Counted from the first letter of the stretch, positions 49,950 through 60,529 are shown. The stretch is 64,000 bases of DNA from a virus (IMGVR_UViG_3300037851_000500:48112-112111); one strand, 5' to 3'. Numbers and translations are program-made. The notes: a model not told the origin generated them from the letters alone.

Positions 49950-50447
49950 ATGGTTGCTACTGTTAAAAAGGCAAAAACTTATAAAGTTAAAAAAACTCCA
50001 AAAAAAGAACCGGAGTTAATTCAAAAATTTTATAGGGTAGATCCTAAAACCAAACAAAAGTATAAAGCCGGTATTTTCTATGCTGTATGCCCAGATAGGT
50101 CCTCTGCATTTGCTAAAATTTTAATTGGTTTCTCTTTTTGTAATAAACATGCTGGTGACAGATATGATTATGTAGATGGTAAACATATAAAAGGACATGG
50201 TTTAATTTCTGCTAAAAAAAGAGCATATAGATGGCAAAATATTAGCTGCGTTCATGTTGGTGGAAAAAATGGATTTCCCGGTATTGTGGTTGATATAGAA
50301 GAATTTGTTTTAATTCCAACATTTGCCGTTACAGCATTAGTTAATTTTATTATTAGGTGTGAAAAATACTTTAAAAAACCTGCAAATTTTTGGGCTGGAA
50401 AATTTATAGATCATTTTAAAATTAAAGCATTAATTAAAGATATTTAA
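49950..50447 (+). CDS. Hypothetical protein
   Basis: 165-aa ORF with GGAGG RBS. Confidence 0.55.
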   Translation: MVATVKKAKTYKVKKTPKKEPELIQKFYRVDPKTKQKYKAGIFYAVCPDRSSAFAKILIGFSFCNKHAGDRYDYVDGKHIKGHGLISAKKRAYRWQNISCVHVGGKNGFPGIVVDIEEFVLIPTFAVTALVNFIIRCEKYFKKPANFWAGKFIDHFKIKALIKDI

Positions 50448-50632
50448 GGTGGTGATTGTATGTTCCCTATTAAATATTTACTTACCCCAATTTTTGTTTT
50501 TCTATTACTTTATCCTTTTTATCATATAAATAAAATAGGGGGCTATATGAATTGGCCTACTGCTTTTTGTCTTGTTGGTTTGACTTGGGCCTTTGTTGCT
50601 TTTTTTATTTTTTTATAAAGGGGTATATAACA

Positions 50633-53015
50633 ATGGCTTTTAAAAGATTTGATGTTCGACAATACCCAAAACTACAAAAAGCCTGGGGCTGGTATAATAT
50701 GGGAATGCTGCTTGGGGTAGAACCATTACGTTGCGGGGCTATTGCAGCAGTAGAAAACCATACAGGAGAACCTTGGGAAACAGCTAAAAAGTACATGGAA
50801 GTTCATAAAGTCATTGTAACCCCAGTAATTATTATTAAAGGAAAGTAAAAATGTACAAAATAATTAAAGGATCAGTATCTTGTCATTGTTGTTTTTCATA
50901 TACTATAATAGACACTAATAAAAAAGGAGATGTTCACGATCAGATTATATGTGAATGCTTTGAGAAAGAATTAGCAGAATTAATTTGTTCTGTATTAAAC
51001 GAACAAGATTATCGTAAATTATATATTGGGTACTTAATTGGATCTATATCTAAAGAGGAATTTAAAGAAAAGGCAAAAGAATTTGCTGAAGATTTAGATA
51101 TAGATAATGAAATTGAAAAAATTAAAAGAGAATTATAATGGCAAAGTTATATTTAATTTCAAAAGGACCGTATAAAGGAAAGAAGTGTATTTTAAAAAGA
51201 AAAGATATATCAAATGATATGTGGTTTGTTTCTGAACATCTAACTAATGAATTGTTTTTTGTACAAGATAACGAAATCTCAGAGTTTAAATTAAAAAAAT
51301 ATAAACTTAAAGTTAAGAGGTAAATATGGATACTATACCTGATTTTAAAATATATGATAAAGTTAGAATATTAAATTCATCTTCTGTTCCTGAAGAATTT
51401 AGAAATAAACAAGGGCTTGTTTTATATTGCACTGGTGTTGTAGAAAAATATTATAAACAATATAGGGTTAGATTTGATGATAATACTGAAAGAAATTTTC
51501 CTGCTTATCAAATGTCAAGAATAGGGGGGATTTATTAAAATGTTTAGTTTCTTTCTTGGTTTATTTATAGGATATGTAGTGGGTGTAATATCTCTTTATA
51601 TATATTTAGATAGAAACGGATATTTTTAAGGAGGAATTTATGGATGTTTATGATTCTTCATCTCTGCCATCAGGATCTAAAGTTTGTAAGTATGAGGATG
51701 TTCTTAAAAGGGAGGAGCAATTAAACAGTATAATTGATTCTTATCAAAAGTTTCTTTTTTATCTTGTTACTACATTTAATGATATAAAAGAAAAGGCAGA
51801 AGTTTTATTAGAGAAAAAAGGAGCTAATGAAAAATGAATGATGCTATATTAACAGAAACAGGAAAAAAGTTATATATGGATATTCTTGCTGGAGAAAAAA
51901 AAGGAGGAGTATATTTTAAAAAACATGGAGAAAGGTTATTTTTACATTTTAATGCCATTAAACTTAAATTAAATAAAGAATCTATCGGTTTAGTAGGAAG
52001 TGAAGCAGAAGTAATTTATTGTTTTGATGATTTAGAATTAGCTAAACACAAATTTCCTGTAAGTTTGTATAGTAATGATGTTATAAGTTTATTAGGAACT
52101 GAAGGGACAATTCCATTTAAAACTAAAGAGTAAATATAAAAAACAAAGGAGCATACAATGGCCCACCAAAGAAAAGTATTTGTAATTGAAATTAAAAGAC
52201 CATATGGAAGAAAATGGTTTGAAATGGAATGTCATTGTTCCCTTAAAATAGCAAAATCTGAAGCTAAACATTGGAAACAATCAAATCCTGATTCTTCAAT
52301 TAGGGTGGTTACATATTACCCAAGAGATGATGGGTGCTTTTATATGATTGCTCAACCTACGATTTTATAAATGGGGGGGTACACATTGGAATCAATTTGA
52401 TGATGACGGTTTAACTCCAATGATATTTAATGATTTTGTCCATGAGGTCTTAGGCTCAAAAGGAAATTTTTGTGGATCTAAAACCTCTCATATAATTTCT
52501 GATTTAGAAAAAGAAGTTGAAAGATTAAATTTAGAGGTTAAGCATTTAAGAAAAACAATTACAAAATCTGTTAGTAAGATATTATACGATGCTGCTGTAA
52601 AGGAATTGGAAGATAGAAATAAACAATTGGAATTTAAATTAGATAAATTACGGGGTAAATATCAGGCTTTAGCCTTACACCATGATGCTGCTCATAATAA
52701 GGAGTATAAATAATGTTATTTTATAGATTTAGTGACCTTGCCACAGAGAATTTAGATGTACTTATCTTTGAACACCAATTTGAATTAATAAAAGAAACTA
52801 AATGTGGGTATTGGATTGGTGATTCTCTTGGTAAACATTGGGTTTCTAAAACGTCTAAAAAAAGATTTGCTTATCCTACAAGAAAGGAAGCCATTGAATC
52901 TTTTATAGCCCGCAAGAAACAACAAATTAGATATATGAAAATTAAAGCAAAGAGGGCTGAAGTTGCCCTTGAAAAAGGATTAAAATTGTTATTTACTATT
53001 GATGAATCTGAATAA
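50633..53015 (+). CDS. Run of about nine small hypothetical genes (50633-50848, 50851-51138, 51138-51323, 51326-51538, 51640-51837, 51834-52133, 52158-52370, 52348-52713, 52713-53015)
   Basis: Tightly packed same-strand ORFs, most with RBSs; two look KOW/SH3-like. Confidence 0.5.
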
Positions 53016-53076
53016 TTAAAATTCTCCAATATCCTTCTAAATTATTCAATTTTCCTGTAAAATCTAAAATATCCTT

Positions 53077-53129
53077 ATAAAAAGCCTTATATTTCCAGTA
53101 TTTTTACTGGTTATATAGGGCTTTTTTAT
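53077..53129. terminator. Bidirectional terminator ending the rightward gene block
   Basis: ataaaaagccttatat..ccagta-tttt-tactgg..atatagggcttttttat. Confidence 0.7.
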
Positions 53130-53133
53130 TTAT

Positions 53134-53503
53134 ACTTGGATTATTATATTTAAAATCCAGTAAATAAAAAATAAAAATCCCCTCTTTATATCTTTCCCTT
53201 CTATATATACCCAGTCTAATAAGAAGATCCTACCCTATTATATAATGCTCCTCTCTTTATCCTTATATATAGTCTAATTAATAAATAATATAATGTTACT
53301 TGGATTATGGTATTATAAATTTATTTACTATAAATAAAATTTTTATAATAGGATAATATAAATTTCTACTTGGATTATGGTAAATTGAATTTTATTATAA
53401 AGTAAATAATAAAGTGTGACTTGGATGATGTAAATACAATTTTTATTATAAAATAAATAATAGGAAATGACTTGGATTATACAAATGTTATTTTTATTAT
53501 AAA
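53134..53503 (+). repeat. Array of five ACTTGGAT boxes; last three in exact 51-bp register
   Basis: Boxes at 53134, 53298, 53368, 53419 and 53470; TTTTATTATAAA conserved in the last three units. Confidence 0.85.
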
Positions 53504-53540
53504 ATTATCGGGGAGGTACTTTGTACCCATTTGCCAATAT

Positions 53541-53718
53541 CAATTGAACGGTCGGCCAATTGCGCTAATTGAATTGCAATTGAATTGCCAATTGATAAAT
53601 GGACTAATACATAATACAAGAGACAAATAAAAACTAATTAGCAATTGATAACTTACAATAGAAAAATGCATTATTAAATAATGCCAATTGATATAATGAC
53701 AATTGACAATTGCAATTG
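53541..53718. repeat. Dense CAATTG cluster
   Basis: 9 CAATTG in about 180 bp by manual count. Confidence 0.9.
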
Positions 53719-54454
53719 ATATATCGTTAAGGCTATACATTATTAGTTGGATTAAGTTTATAATACCTAATAGACCATATAAACCGTTTTTAATTGACTC
53801 CACTATTAATCCACTATGCATAGCTGCTATATAATAGACCATAGCTATTGACTCCACTCTATTAATATAAAAGGTTTAATAAGGACCATCCACTATATAT
53901 AGACTAATAAATTAAAAGCTATTAGACGCTATATATAAAGAGATATTATTTAGAGTATAGGTTTATATTGGCTTTTATTTTTCCTTTTACCTATTGGCTT
54001 ATAATGCTTTTTAATATGGTTATCTCTTTTTGTATTATGCTATCCTTAAATTCAATATTACCCAATTTAAAAATACATAATTCAAAAATGATAATCTCTT
54101 TTATCGTGTTTTTTCCTTTTAGGTATTCTAATTTCAATTGATTTAATTTTTCGCTTAATAACATTTTTAATTTTCTCCTAATTAAAAAGTAATAGCCGAT
54201 ATAAAATATATATCGGCTATTAGCTAATTAACTTTAGAGAAAAAAGTTATATATGGAGTATATTAAATAAATACGTCATATCGTTTAAAAATTCTTGTTT
54301 ACTTGGAAATGTTATATCGTGTAAAGATAATAATAGACCTATTAAAAGAGCTATTAGTAGTCTAAAAAACCAATTGCTAAAGGTTATAATGGCGCTAGAT
54401 AATATAAAGCCATTTTGATTTTTCATTTTTCTTTTTCCTTTCCTTTAGTTTTTT

Positions 54455-54484
54455 CCTGCTAGCTCATTAATTTGAGCTAGCAGG
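54455..54484. repeat. 30-bp hairpin, copy 1
   Basis: cctgctagctcattaatttgagctagcagg. Confidence 0.9.
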
Positions 54485-54603
54485 AATTAGATTTTTTATT
54501 TGGTTATATTTTTGATTATGGAATAAATAAAACCAATAAGGATAATAAAAAAAATCACTATAAAAGTTATATTTGGATAGTTATAAATCATTGCTTTTTT
54601 CCT

Positions 54604-54801
54604 TTATGCACTATAAAGTTTTGATGCTATTGGTAATTGCCGATAGGATCTAAAAAAAACATTTGTTCTAGCATGAATTAGTGCAAATTCGATAAAACGT
54701 AGCTCTTGCCAATTAGTTGAAACTAGATAAGGATTGAAATTTGTATTTTTCACTTTTTTAAATATCTTTGCAGTAGTGTTCAAAAGTGATTTTTTTTTCA
54801 T
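54604..54801 (-). CDS. Small hypothetical early protein
   Basis: 65 aa with AAAGGA RBS. Confidence 0.5.
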   Translation of the reverse strand: MKKKSLLNTTAKIFKKVKNTNFNPYLVSTNWQELRFIEFALIHARTNVFFRSYRQLPIASKLYSA

Positions 54802-54830
54802 TGTTATTTTTTCCTTTCATTTGGTTTTTT

Positions 54831-54860
54831 CCTGCTAGCTCATTAATTTGAGCTAGCAGG
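54831..54860. repeat. 30-bp hairpin, copy 2 (identical to copy 1)
   Basis: cctgctagctcattaatttgagctagcagg. Confidence 0.9.
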
Positions 54861-54875
54861 CATATTAGTTGAAAG

Positions 54876-56021
54876 TTATCTGATATTAAAAATTCTATGC
54901 AATTCCATTTTGTTTTCATTGTAAAAGTCGATAAAGCTAGCTACATCGGACTTTTTAATTTCGTATGTTTCTTTAAGCCAATCAAAAACTAGGCTAATTG
55001 CACCCGGTTTATCTGCAATTGTATCTTCTAAATTTAGCACGTTTACGACTTCTTTCATATCGTGAGAGTTATTATTTGTTAATCTAGCCTGAAATGATTT
55101 TATATTCTGATTAAATTTTATTTTTTCTGCCTGCTTTTCTTCTATTGATTTTTCGGTTTTTTCTACTTTTAAAGACTGTCTTTTAAGCGGAGTCAATTTG
55201 CCTTTAGTCGTGGTAGGTGCATTGGTAGGTGCATTGGTAGGTGCATTGGTAGGTGCATTGGTAGGTGCATTGGTAGGTGCCTGAGTGGTAGGAGCAAAAT
55301 CATTAATTGCTTTGACTATTGCCTCTTTTGCTCGGCCAATAGAACGCATTGCGACGATATAAACATTGTCACGTTTATATTGGTTCCAAATTTTACCAAA
55401 TGACTCTCCAGCATTCGCAAAATCTAATTTTTCTAGTATTTCGTTCCATTCACTTTTCACTTGATTGTATTCTGTATTTCCGCAAAATTTTCCTTTAAAG
55501 TTATCCATGAATAAATTGAAAAGTTTTTTATTATCATCGGTAATATTTTCCGCTTTTTTAAGAATAACTTTAGGCGATCCAGCAGGCGATCCAGCAGGCG
55601 ATCCAGCAGGCGATCCAGCAGGCGATCCAGCAGGCGATCCAGCAGGCGATATGCGACATGCAATAGAATCAATTTGACTTCGTATCGCTTGTGAATTTTT
55701 GGCGATACTCTCAATCATAATGTTATTTTCCGCATATGCTTTGCTCATATTATCGATCAAATTGACAATTGATTTTTGATCGCTGGAAATTAAACCGATT
55801 TGAGAATGTATTCCTTCGAGTAATTTTCCATGATTATTAATTAGTTTTTCCAAGTTTTCTACTCTAGCGAATGCTTGGATATTTAAATTAGCTGTTGTAA
55901 TTGCTTCTTGTTTCTTTTTCTCAATCAATTCGTTAGTTCGATTAATGTTGATTGAATTTTCTGTTTTTTCTACTTTACCATTTTTTTCTTGTGCTAGTTT
56001 AATCCTTTCAGCTAATGTCAT
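54876..56021 (-). CDS. Early coiled-coil protein with SPAG and APTN repeat linkers
   Basis: 381 aa; AAAGGA RBS; first gene after the leftward promoter. Confidence 0.7.
   Translation of the reverse strand: MTLAERIKLAQEKNGKVEKTENSININRTNELIEKKKQEAITTANLNIQAFARVENLEKLINNHGKLLEGIHSQIGLISSDQKSIVNLIDNMSKAYAENNIMIESIAKNSQAIRSQIDSIACRISPAGSPAGSPAGSPAGSPAGSPAGSPKVILKKAENITDDNKKLFNLFMDNFKGKFCGNTEYNQVKSEWNEILEKLDFANAGESFGKIWNQYKRDNVYIVAMRSIGRAKEAIVKAINDFAPTTQAPTNAPTNAPTNAPTNAPTNAPTTTKGKLTPLKRQSLKVEKTEKSIEEKQAEKIKFNQNIKSFQARLTNNNSHDMKEVVNVLNLEDTIADKPGAISLVFDWLKETYEIKKSDVASFIDFYNENKMELHRIFNIR
55211..55280. repeat. Perfect 12-bp tandem repeat (APTN)
   Basis: tggtaggtgcat x5 plus a partial unit. Confidence 0.95.
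55572..55650. repeat. Perfect 12-bp tandem repeat (SPAG)
   Basis: aggcgatccagc x6 plus a partial unit. Confidence 0.95.
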
Positions 56022-56153
56022 TGTCTTAATCCTTTCATTTGGTTTTTTTGCGCTTGCTATATTGGTGGAAATTAGTTCAAGCGCTTGTTAATATTTTTTA
56101 TCCACCGTTGTTTTTGGTTGCATGATATTTTCATGCCCGCAAAAACTATAGGC

Positions 56154-56182
56154 ATTTTAAACTTTTTTATTTTAATTGTCAA
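56154..56182 (-). promoter_or_regulatory. Leftward sigma70 early promoter
   Basis: Minus strand TTGACA-N17-TAAAAT. Confidence 0.7.
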
Positions 56183-56245
56183 TAGCCGATTAATAAATTT
56201 TTTCATAAGGAAAAATCTAATAATTTCCAGTAGTTATGAGCTAAT

Positions 56246-56274
56246 TTGACTTTTAGGTTTTTTAGTGGTAAAAT
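56246..56274 (+). promoter_or_regulatory. Rightward sigma70 early promoter (divergent pair)
   Basis: TTGACT-N17-TAAAAT with TG extension. Confidence 0.7.
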
Positions 56275-56570
56275 TTGTCTTTAAATTCAATTGGTTAGGA
56301 AGTCAATCGGATTATAAAAAAATCAATTGAATTGACTCCAATTAAATTGACTCCAATTGAATTGGAAAAAATATTTTTTCAAATTTCAATTGTCAATTGC
56401 CGATGGTCCAGGCGGCCTATATAAATGGATTTAATTAATATATTTATATTTTCTGCTACAAGTTATAATCAAATACCTATATCAATTCAATTAGTAGAAA
56501 ACTCAAATTGCATTTAACATATCAATTGCATATCGCAATTGATAAACTACAAAAAGAAAGGAATTGAATT

Positions 56571-57347
56571 ATGAGCAAGGCAATTAGAATTCATTTGGCA
56601 AAAGATGGCAAAACTTGTTTTTGTGGATTGGTAATTAATAAGCAATTACAAATTGCCAGTAAAGGAGAGAACTTTTTTGAATTGGATAATAAACCAATTC
56701 GGTTTAATGGAATTTGCAAGAATTGCGGTAGTTTGTTTGCAAAAAATCCAATTTATCGCAATTACCTTGAAAAAGTGAAATATAATGAGTCAATTGTGGA
56801 AATTCAAGATAAATTACCTAAAACAATTAGAAGTATGCGGTATTATTGCAGCAAACGGCGCTTGAATTGGAATTCTAAGAATACCAAACCAATTGATAAA
56901 CTATCTACACTACAAGCAAAACCAAATACTGAAATTGAGACAATTCCAATTGATTCTGAAATTGTACTTAATAAATATGTCAATACTGGCAATCAAACCG
57001 AAAAGGAATTGAATATTACCAATAAAACCGATGAAATAATTGAATTGACAGAAGTAGTTAATAAACCAATTGAAAAAACAGATAAAGGAAAAATGCGCGA
57101 ATTGAGAAAACAAGGATTATTGCCTAATTCATTGAATTGGAAACAAATTCCAGAAGCAATTGACAGAATTGAGGATGGGCACCCAATTGCAATTGTTAAA
57201 GGTTTTAATAATAGCTGGAAAGTAATTGAGGAATTTACTGGTATTAACAATTCAAACAATTCATGCGTTAAGGAATTGACAGGGTGGGTGCCAATTGAAT
57301 TGGCAAGGAAAATTTACAATCAGGCAATTATCAATAGAATATTCTAA
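56571..57347 (+). CDS. Hypothetical early protein (Zn-binding N-terminus)
   Basis: H..CFCG..CKNC; AAAGGA RBS. Confidence 0.6.
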   Translation: MSKAIRIHLAKDGKTCFCGLVINKQLQIASKGENFFELDNKPIRFNGICKNCGSLFAKNPIYRNYLEKVKYNESIVEIQDKLPKTIRSMRYYCSKRRLNWNSKNTKPIDKLSTLQAKPNTEIETIPIDSEIVLNKYVNTGNQTEKELNITNKTDEIIELTEVVNKPIEKTDKGKMRELRKQGLLPNSLNWKQIPEAIDRIEDGHPIAIVKGFNNSWKVIEEFTGINNSNNSCVKELTGWVPIELARKIYNQAIINRIF

Positions 57348-57364
57348 CATATAACAATTACAAT

Positions 57365-57422
57365 AAATTACCATGATTCCAATTAGTGCTTAAAATCAGG
57401 CCAATTGGAATCATGGTAATTT
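57365..57422. terminator. Long inverted repeat after 56571..57347
   Basis: aaattaccatgattccaatt...aattggaatcatggtaattt. Confidence 0.6.
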
Positions 57423-58252
57423 TCCATTAAATAAGGAATTAAAATCATGCAAACGTCAATTGAATTAGTGCCAATTAGCAATAAGAATTTAAAGGTATTT
57501 AAAAAGCAATTTAAGCCAATTGATTGTAATTTGAAATTTAGGCGTATGCGTAAAGGTGATAAGCAAATTCGCCGGATTAATAGACTAATAACTTTGTGGA
57601 TTAAAGATAATTTTTAAGCTATATAAAATCATAGAATAAATAAAATCACCCAATCTTGCAATTAATAGGAGAATTGAATTATGCGCTATTATTATATAAT
57701 ATTTTCAAAGCGTTTTTGGAAATTTTGTACTCGAATTAGTGTAAATCATAAGGCATGGCATAATTGGATAAATTACAATCCTATCAATTGGTATCTTGAT
57801 AATTAAGATTATAAATTTGACAAATAGGATAAAATCATGGTAAAAGACGATTATTTCACAATTCTACAAGCAATTGCAATTTTGGCAATGGTATGTTTTA
57901 TGTTTAGTTATTAATCCAATTACCAAATGATTTGTTTTCTTGCAATTGAATTGAAATATGCTATAATATAATCAAAGGAAAGGAATTCAAATCATGGCTG
58001 ATAATTATGATGAAATTATCAATTGGTTATTCGGTGAAATAGCAATTGACGATAATTTAAAGCAAAAAATGTATAATGCAATTCAAAAAGAAGATTTTAA
58101 GGAATTGCATCATTTAGGCTATCAAATTAATTATCAGAATCAAGAAAACATTTTTAATTAGTATTTTATAAAATATCCCTAATTGCTTATTTTATTGTAT
58201 AAAGCAATTAGGGATTTTTATTTTCAAAATTCCAATTGGAAAGGAAATTAAA

Positions 58253-58492
58253 ATGGCTATTACAATTGAACAAGCAAAGCAATTGACTTATCGTGACGAA
58301 TTGCACTATAATTCAATTAAAAATTCAAATGGAACATGCGCCAGAATCAGAATAAATGGCAAAGTCAAATTGTGGAAACGCAATCCCAATCGAATTGAAA
58401 TTCCTTATAAGCATGGTTTATACGATTATGGATATTTAACCGAGAATAATATTAATCAATTCCATTTTCCTTCCGATTGCCTTAATAAATAA
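58253..58492 (+). CDS. Hypothetical early phage protein
   Basis: RINGKVKLWKRNP..IPYKHGLY; RBS. Confidence 0.6.
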   Translation: MAITIEQAKQLTYRDELHYNSIKNSNGTCARIRINGKVKLWKRNPNRIEIPYKHGLYDYGYLTENNINQFHFPSDCLNK

Positions 58493-58730
58493 TCTGTAAT
58501 TACAATTCGGACTAATCCATTAGGCTAAAAATTAGCTTATTGGATTAGTGTTTTTTCTTTTAGGCATGGTTTTATATGCCATAAGATTTTTATTGCCTTA
58601 AAATGCCTCTCAATTAACTTAAAATTGAAAGGAATTATGCCTATGGAAACGGTTTTTGTTTTATTGGTATTGGGAATTGGGGTCTTAATTATAATTGTAA
58701 TTGATAATTCATAGGAAAGGAATTAAAATC

Positions 58731-58994
58731 ATGGGAATTGAATACATTAGAATTTTCGATGCTGGAATTGAATATGATTTTGCTGAAAGGTTTATAGTCG
58801 AATTGGATAAAACTTATATTTATGGCATGTCAATTGACTGCAATATGCCAAATGGTTATTGCCAATTTTTAGGCAATAAAAGCGAATTTAGCAATTGGCT
58901 TGAATTAGTGCGCGGTCGAAAAATAATTAAATTAGCCGATGCACCAGCATCAGTAATTAAGCAGATTGCGCTAATAAATAAGATATTTGAGTAA
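58731..58994 (+). CDS. Hypothetical early protein
   Basis: Start likely ATG 58731 after AAAGGA. Confidence 0.55.
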   Translation: MGIEYIRIFDAGIEYDFAERFIVELDKTYIYGMSIDCNMPNGYCQFLGNKSEFSNWLELVRGRKIIKLADAPASVIKQIALINKIFE

Positions 58995-59060
58995 TATAAC
59001 TAATAACAAGCCAAATCAAATCTATTAATTGAAATTATTACAAACGAAAGGAGAATTGAA

Positions 59061-59270
59061 ATGAACTATGAATTAAGATTTGATATTTGTGAAGCATAGT
59101 ATTTATATGCCAGCCACTATCATTCTGGACAAAATTCTAAATTGTACAGTAAATTGGGACAATTAATCAATATTGGATTTAAACCGGCACCAGGATTAAG
59201 ATATGAATTGTTAACAGAACAGGGGAAGGAAATATACCAGAGACTTTGTAATATTAGAAAATATCAATAA
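59061..59270 (+). pseudogene. Small early gene interrupted by an in-frame TAG
   Basis: AAGGAG RBS; MNYELRFDICEA*YLYASHYHSGQNSKLYSKLGQLINIGFKPAPGLRYELLTEQGKEIYQRLCNIRKYQ; TAG at 59097-59099. Confidence 0.6.
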
Positions 59271-59309
59271 ACTAATTACAAACAAATTCAAATGGAAGGA
59301 GATTAAAAA

Positions 59310-59537
59310 ATGCCAGTAATTAAATGTTACCAGGAAAAAACGTGTGATAATTATATAATTACAATTGACAATTCCGTATTTGAAATGAATGCAAATGCAA
59401 ATCAGCCAAATGGATTGAATATGTACTGTGGAGAGGAATTGCAATTAAATTCCAGTCAATTAAAAGAATTACAATTGGGTGATTTGCCTAAAGGAACATT
59501 AATCGGAATCATTAGACGATTACAAGAATTAAATTGA
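59310..59537 (+). CDS. Hypothetical early protein
   Basis: AAGGAG RBS; MNANANQPNGLNMYCG resembles MSIDCNMPNGYCQFLG in 58731..58994. Confidence 0.55.
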   Translation: MPVIKCYQEKTCDNYIITIDNSVFEMNANANQPNGLNMYCGEELQLNSSQLKELQLGDLPKGTLIGIIRRLQELN

Positions 59538-59875
59538 CGCAAAAAATTTATAATCAGTTTGAATCAATTATGAGTGAAATTGTGAATAACTGATTACAAG
59601 GCCAATCAAATCCAGGTATTTAAATCAATTGAAATTAAAGGAGAATTGGAAAATGATTAAATTTAATATTCCAATACCGAATGCTACTAAATACAATTGC
59701 ATTGAATTTTGTTCTGCATGGATGTCTAATTATGGTGGAACTATTGAAAATGCTGTTAGAGTATGGATGCAGTATTTAAAAGAAAATAAATAAAGGATTT
59801 ATCGGCAATTGGTTAAAAGCAAAAAGTACCAATAAACTAATTACAAGCAAATTCAAATCAGGAAGGAGAATTGAA

Positions 59876-60529
59876 ATGAAAAAACGTCACATTCCAATTA
59901 GCGAAAATATGTTTAATGGCGAATTGGTACAGGCTAAATGTTATTGTGGTAAAGTAATTACTGATAAAACCGAATTGGTTTGGGCTGGTGGAATTGAAAT
60001 TAGGATATTTCGTAAATATGAGGATAAGGATATTCCTGATTCAAATGTAAAATTGGAAAATATTTGTGGTAATTGTTTTAGAAAAAAATATAAAGAACCA
60101 TACAATTATGGAATTAACAATTGGAATAGAGTAATTAATAAAAAAACGCCGGTTAAATATATATCACAAGTTCTTAACATTTCAATTGGAACAGCTAAAA
60201 TCATTAAGGAAATTGTTATTACAAATGAATTGGGCTTTGTATTAAGATTATTGGGTAAAGATCGTATGGATTTTGGATCAGGAAGTGGAGTTAATTATTC
60301 AATTAAAATGGAATTAATTGATAAGATTCTGCGCGGATTTGGAATTGAAGCAATTATACTTCCCAATATATGGATTGATAATTACTGGATGGATAATTGT
60401 GGAATATATGTAAATACAGGGGAAACGTACTCAATGACAATTTTATTTGATACTGATAAAAAAGAATTCATTTGCACTTCATGGGGCGATTTTTATGAGA
60501 CATTGGAATCACGATTGAAAATCAGGTAA
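59876..60529 (+). CDS. Hypothetical early phage protein
   Basis: YVNTGETYSMTILFD..SWGDFYE motif; N-terminal CYCG..CGNC. Confidence 0.6.
   Translation: MKKRHIPISENMFNGELVQAKCYCGKVITDKTELVWAGGIEIRIFRKYEDKDIPDSNVKLENICGNCFRKKYKEPYNYGINNWNRVINKKTPVKYISQVLNISIGTAKIIKEIVITNELGFVLRLLGKDRMDFGSGSGVNYSIKMELIDKILRGFGIEAIILPNIWIDNYWMDNCGIYVNTGETYSMTILFDTDKKEFICTSWGDFYETLESRLKIR

Noticed and set aside
53298-53503. Possible mini-CRISPR array
   Set aside because: The conserved part is only 8-12 bp and the intervening sequences resemble each other, so these are degenerate tandem units, not repeat-spacer units
53540-53857. 105-aa minus-strand ORF as a real gene
   Set aside because: It overlaps the CAATTG cluster, has low-complexity composition and lacks a convincing RBS; probably non-coding
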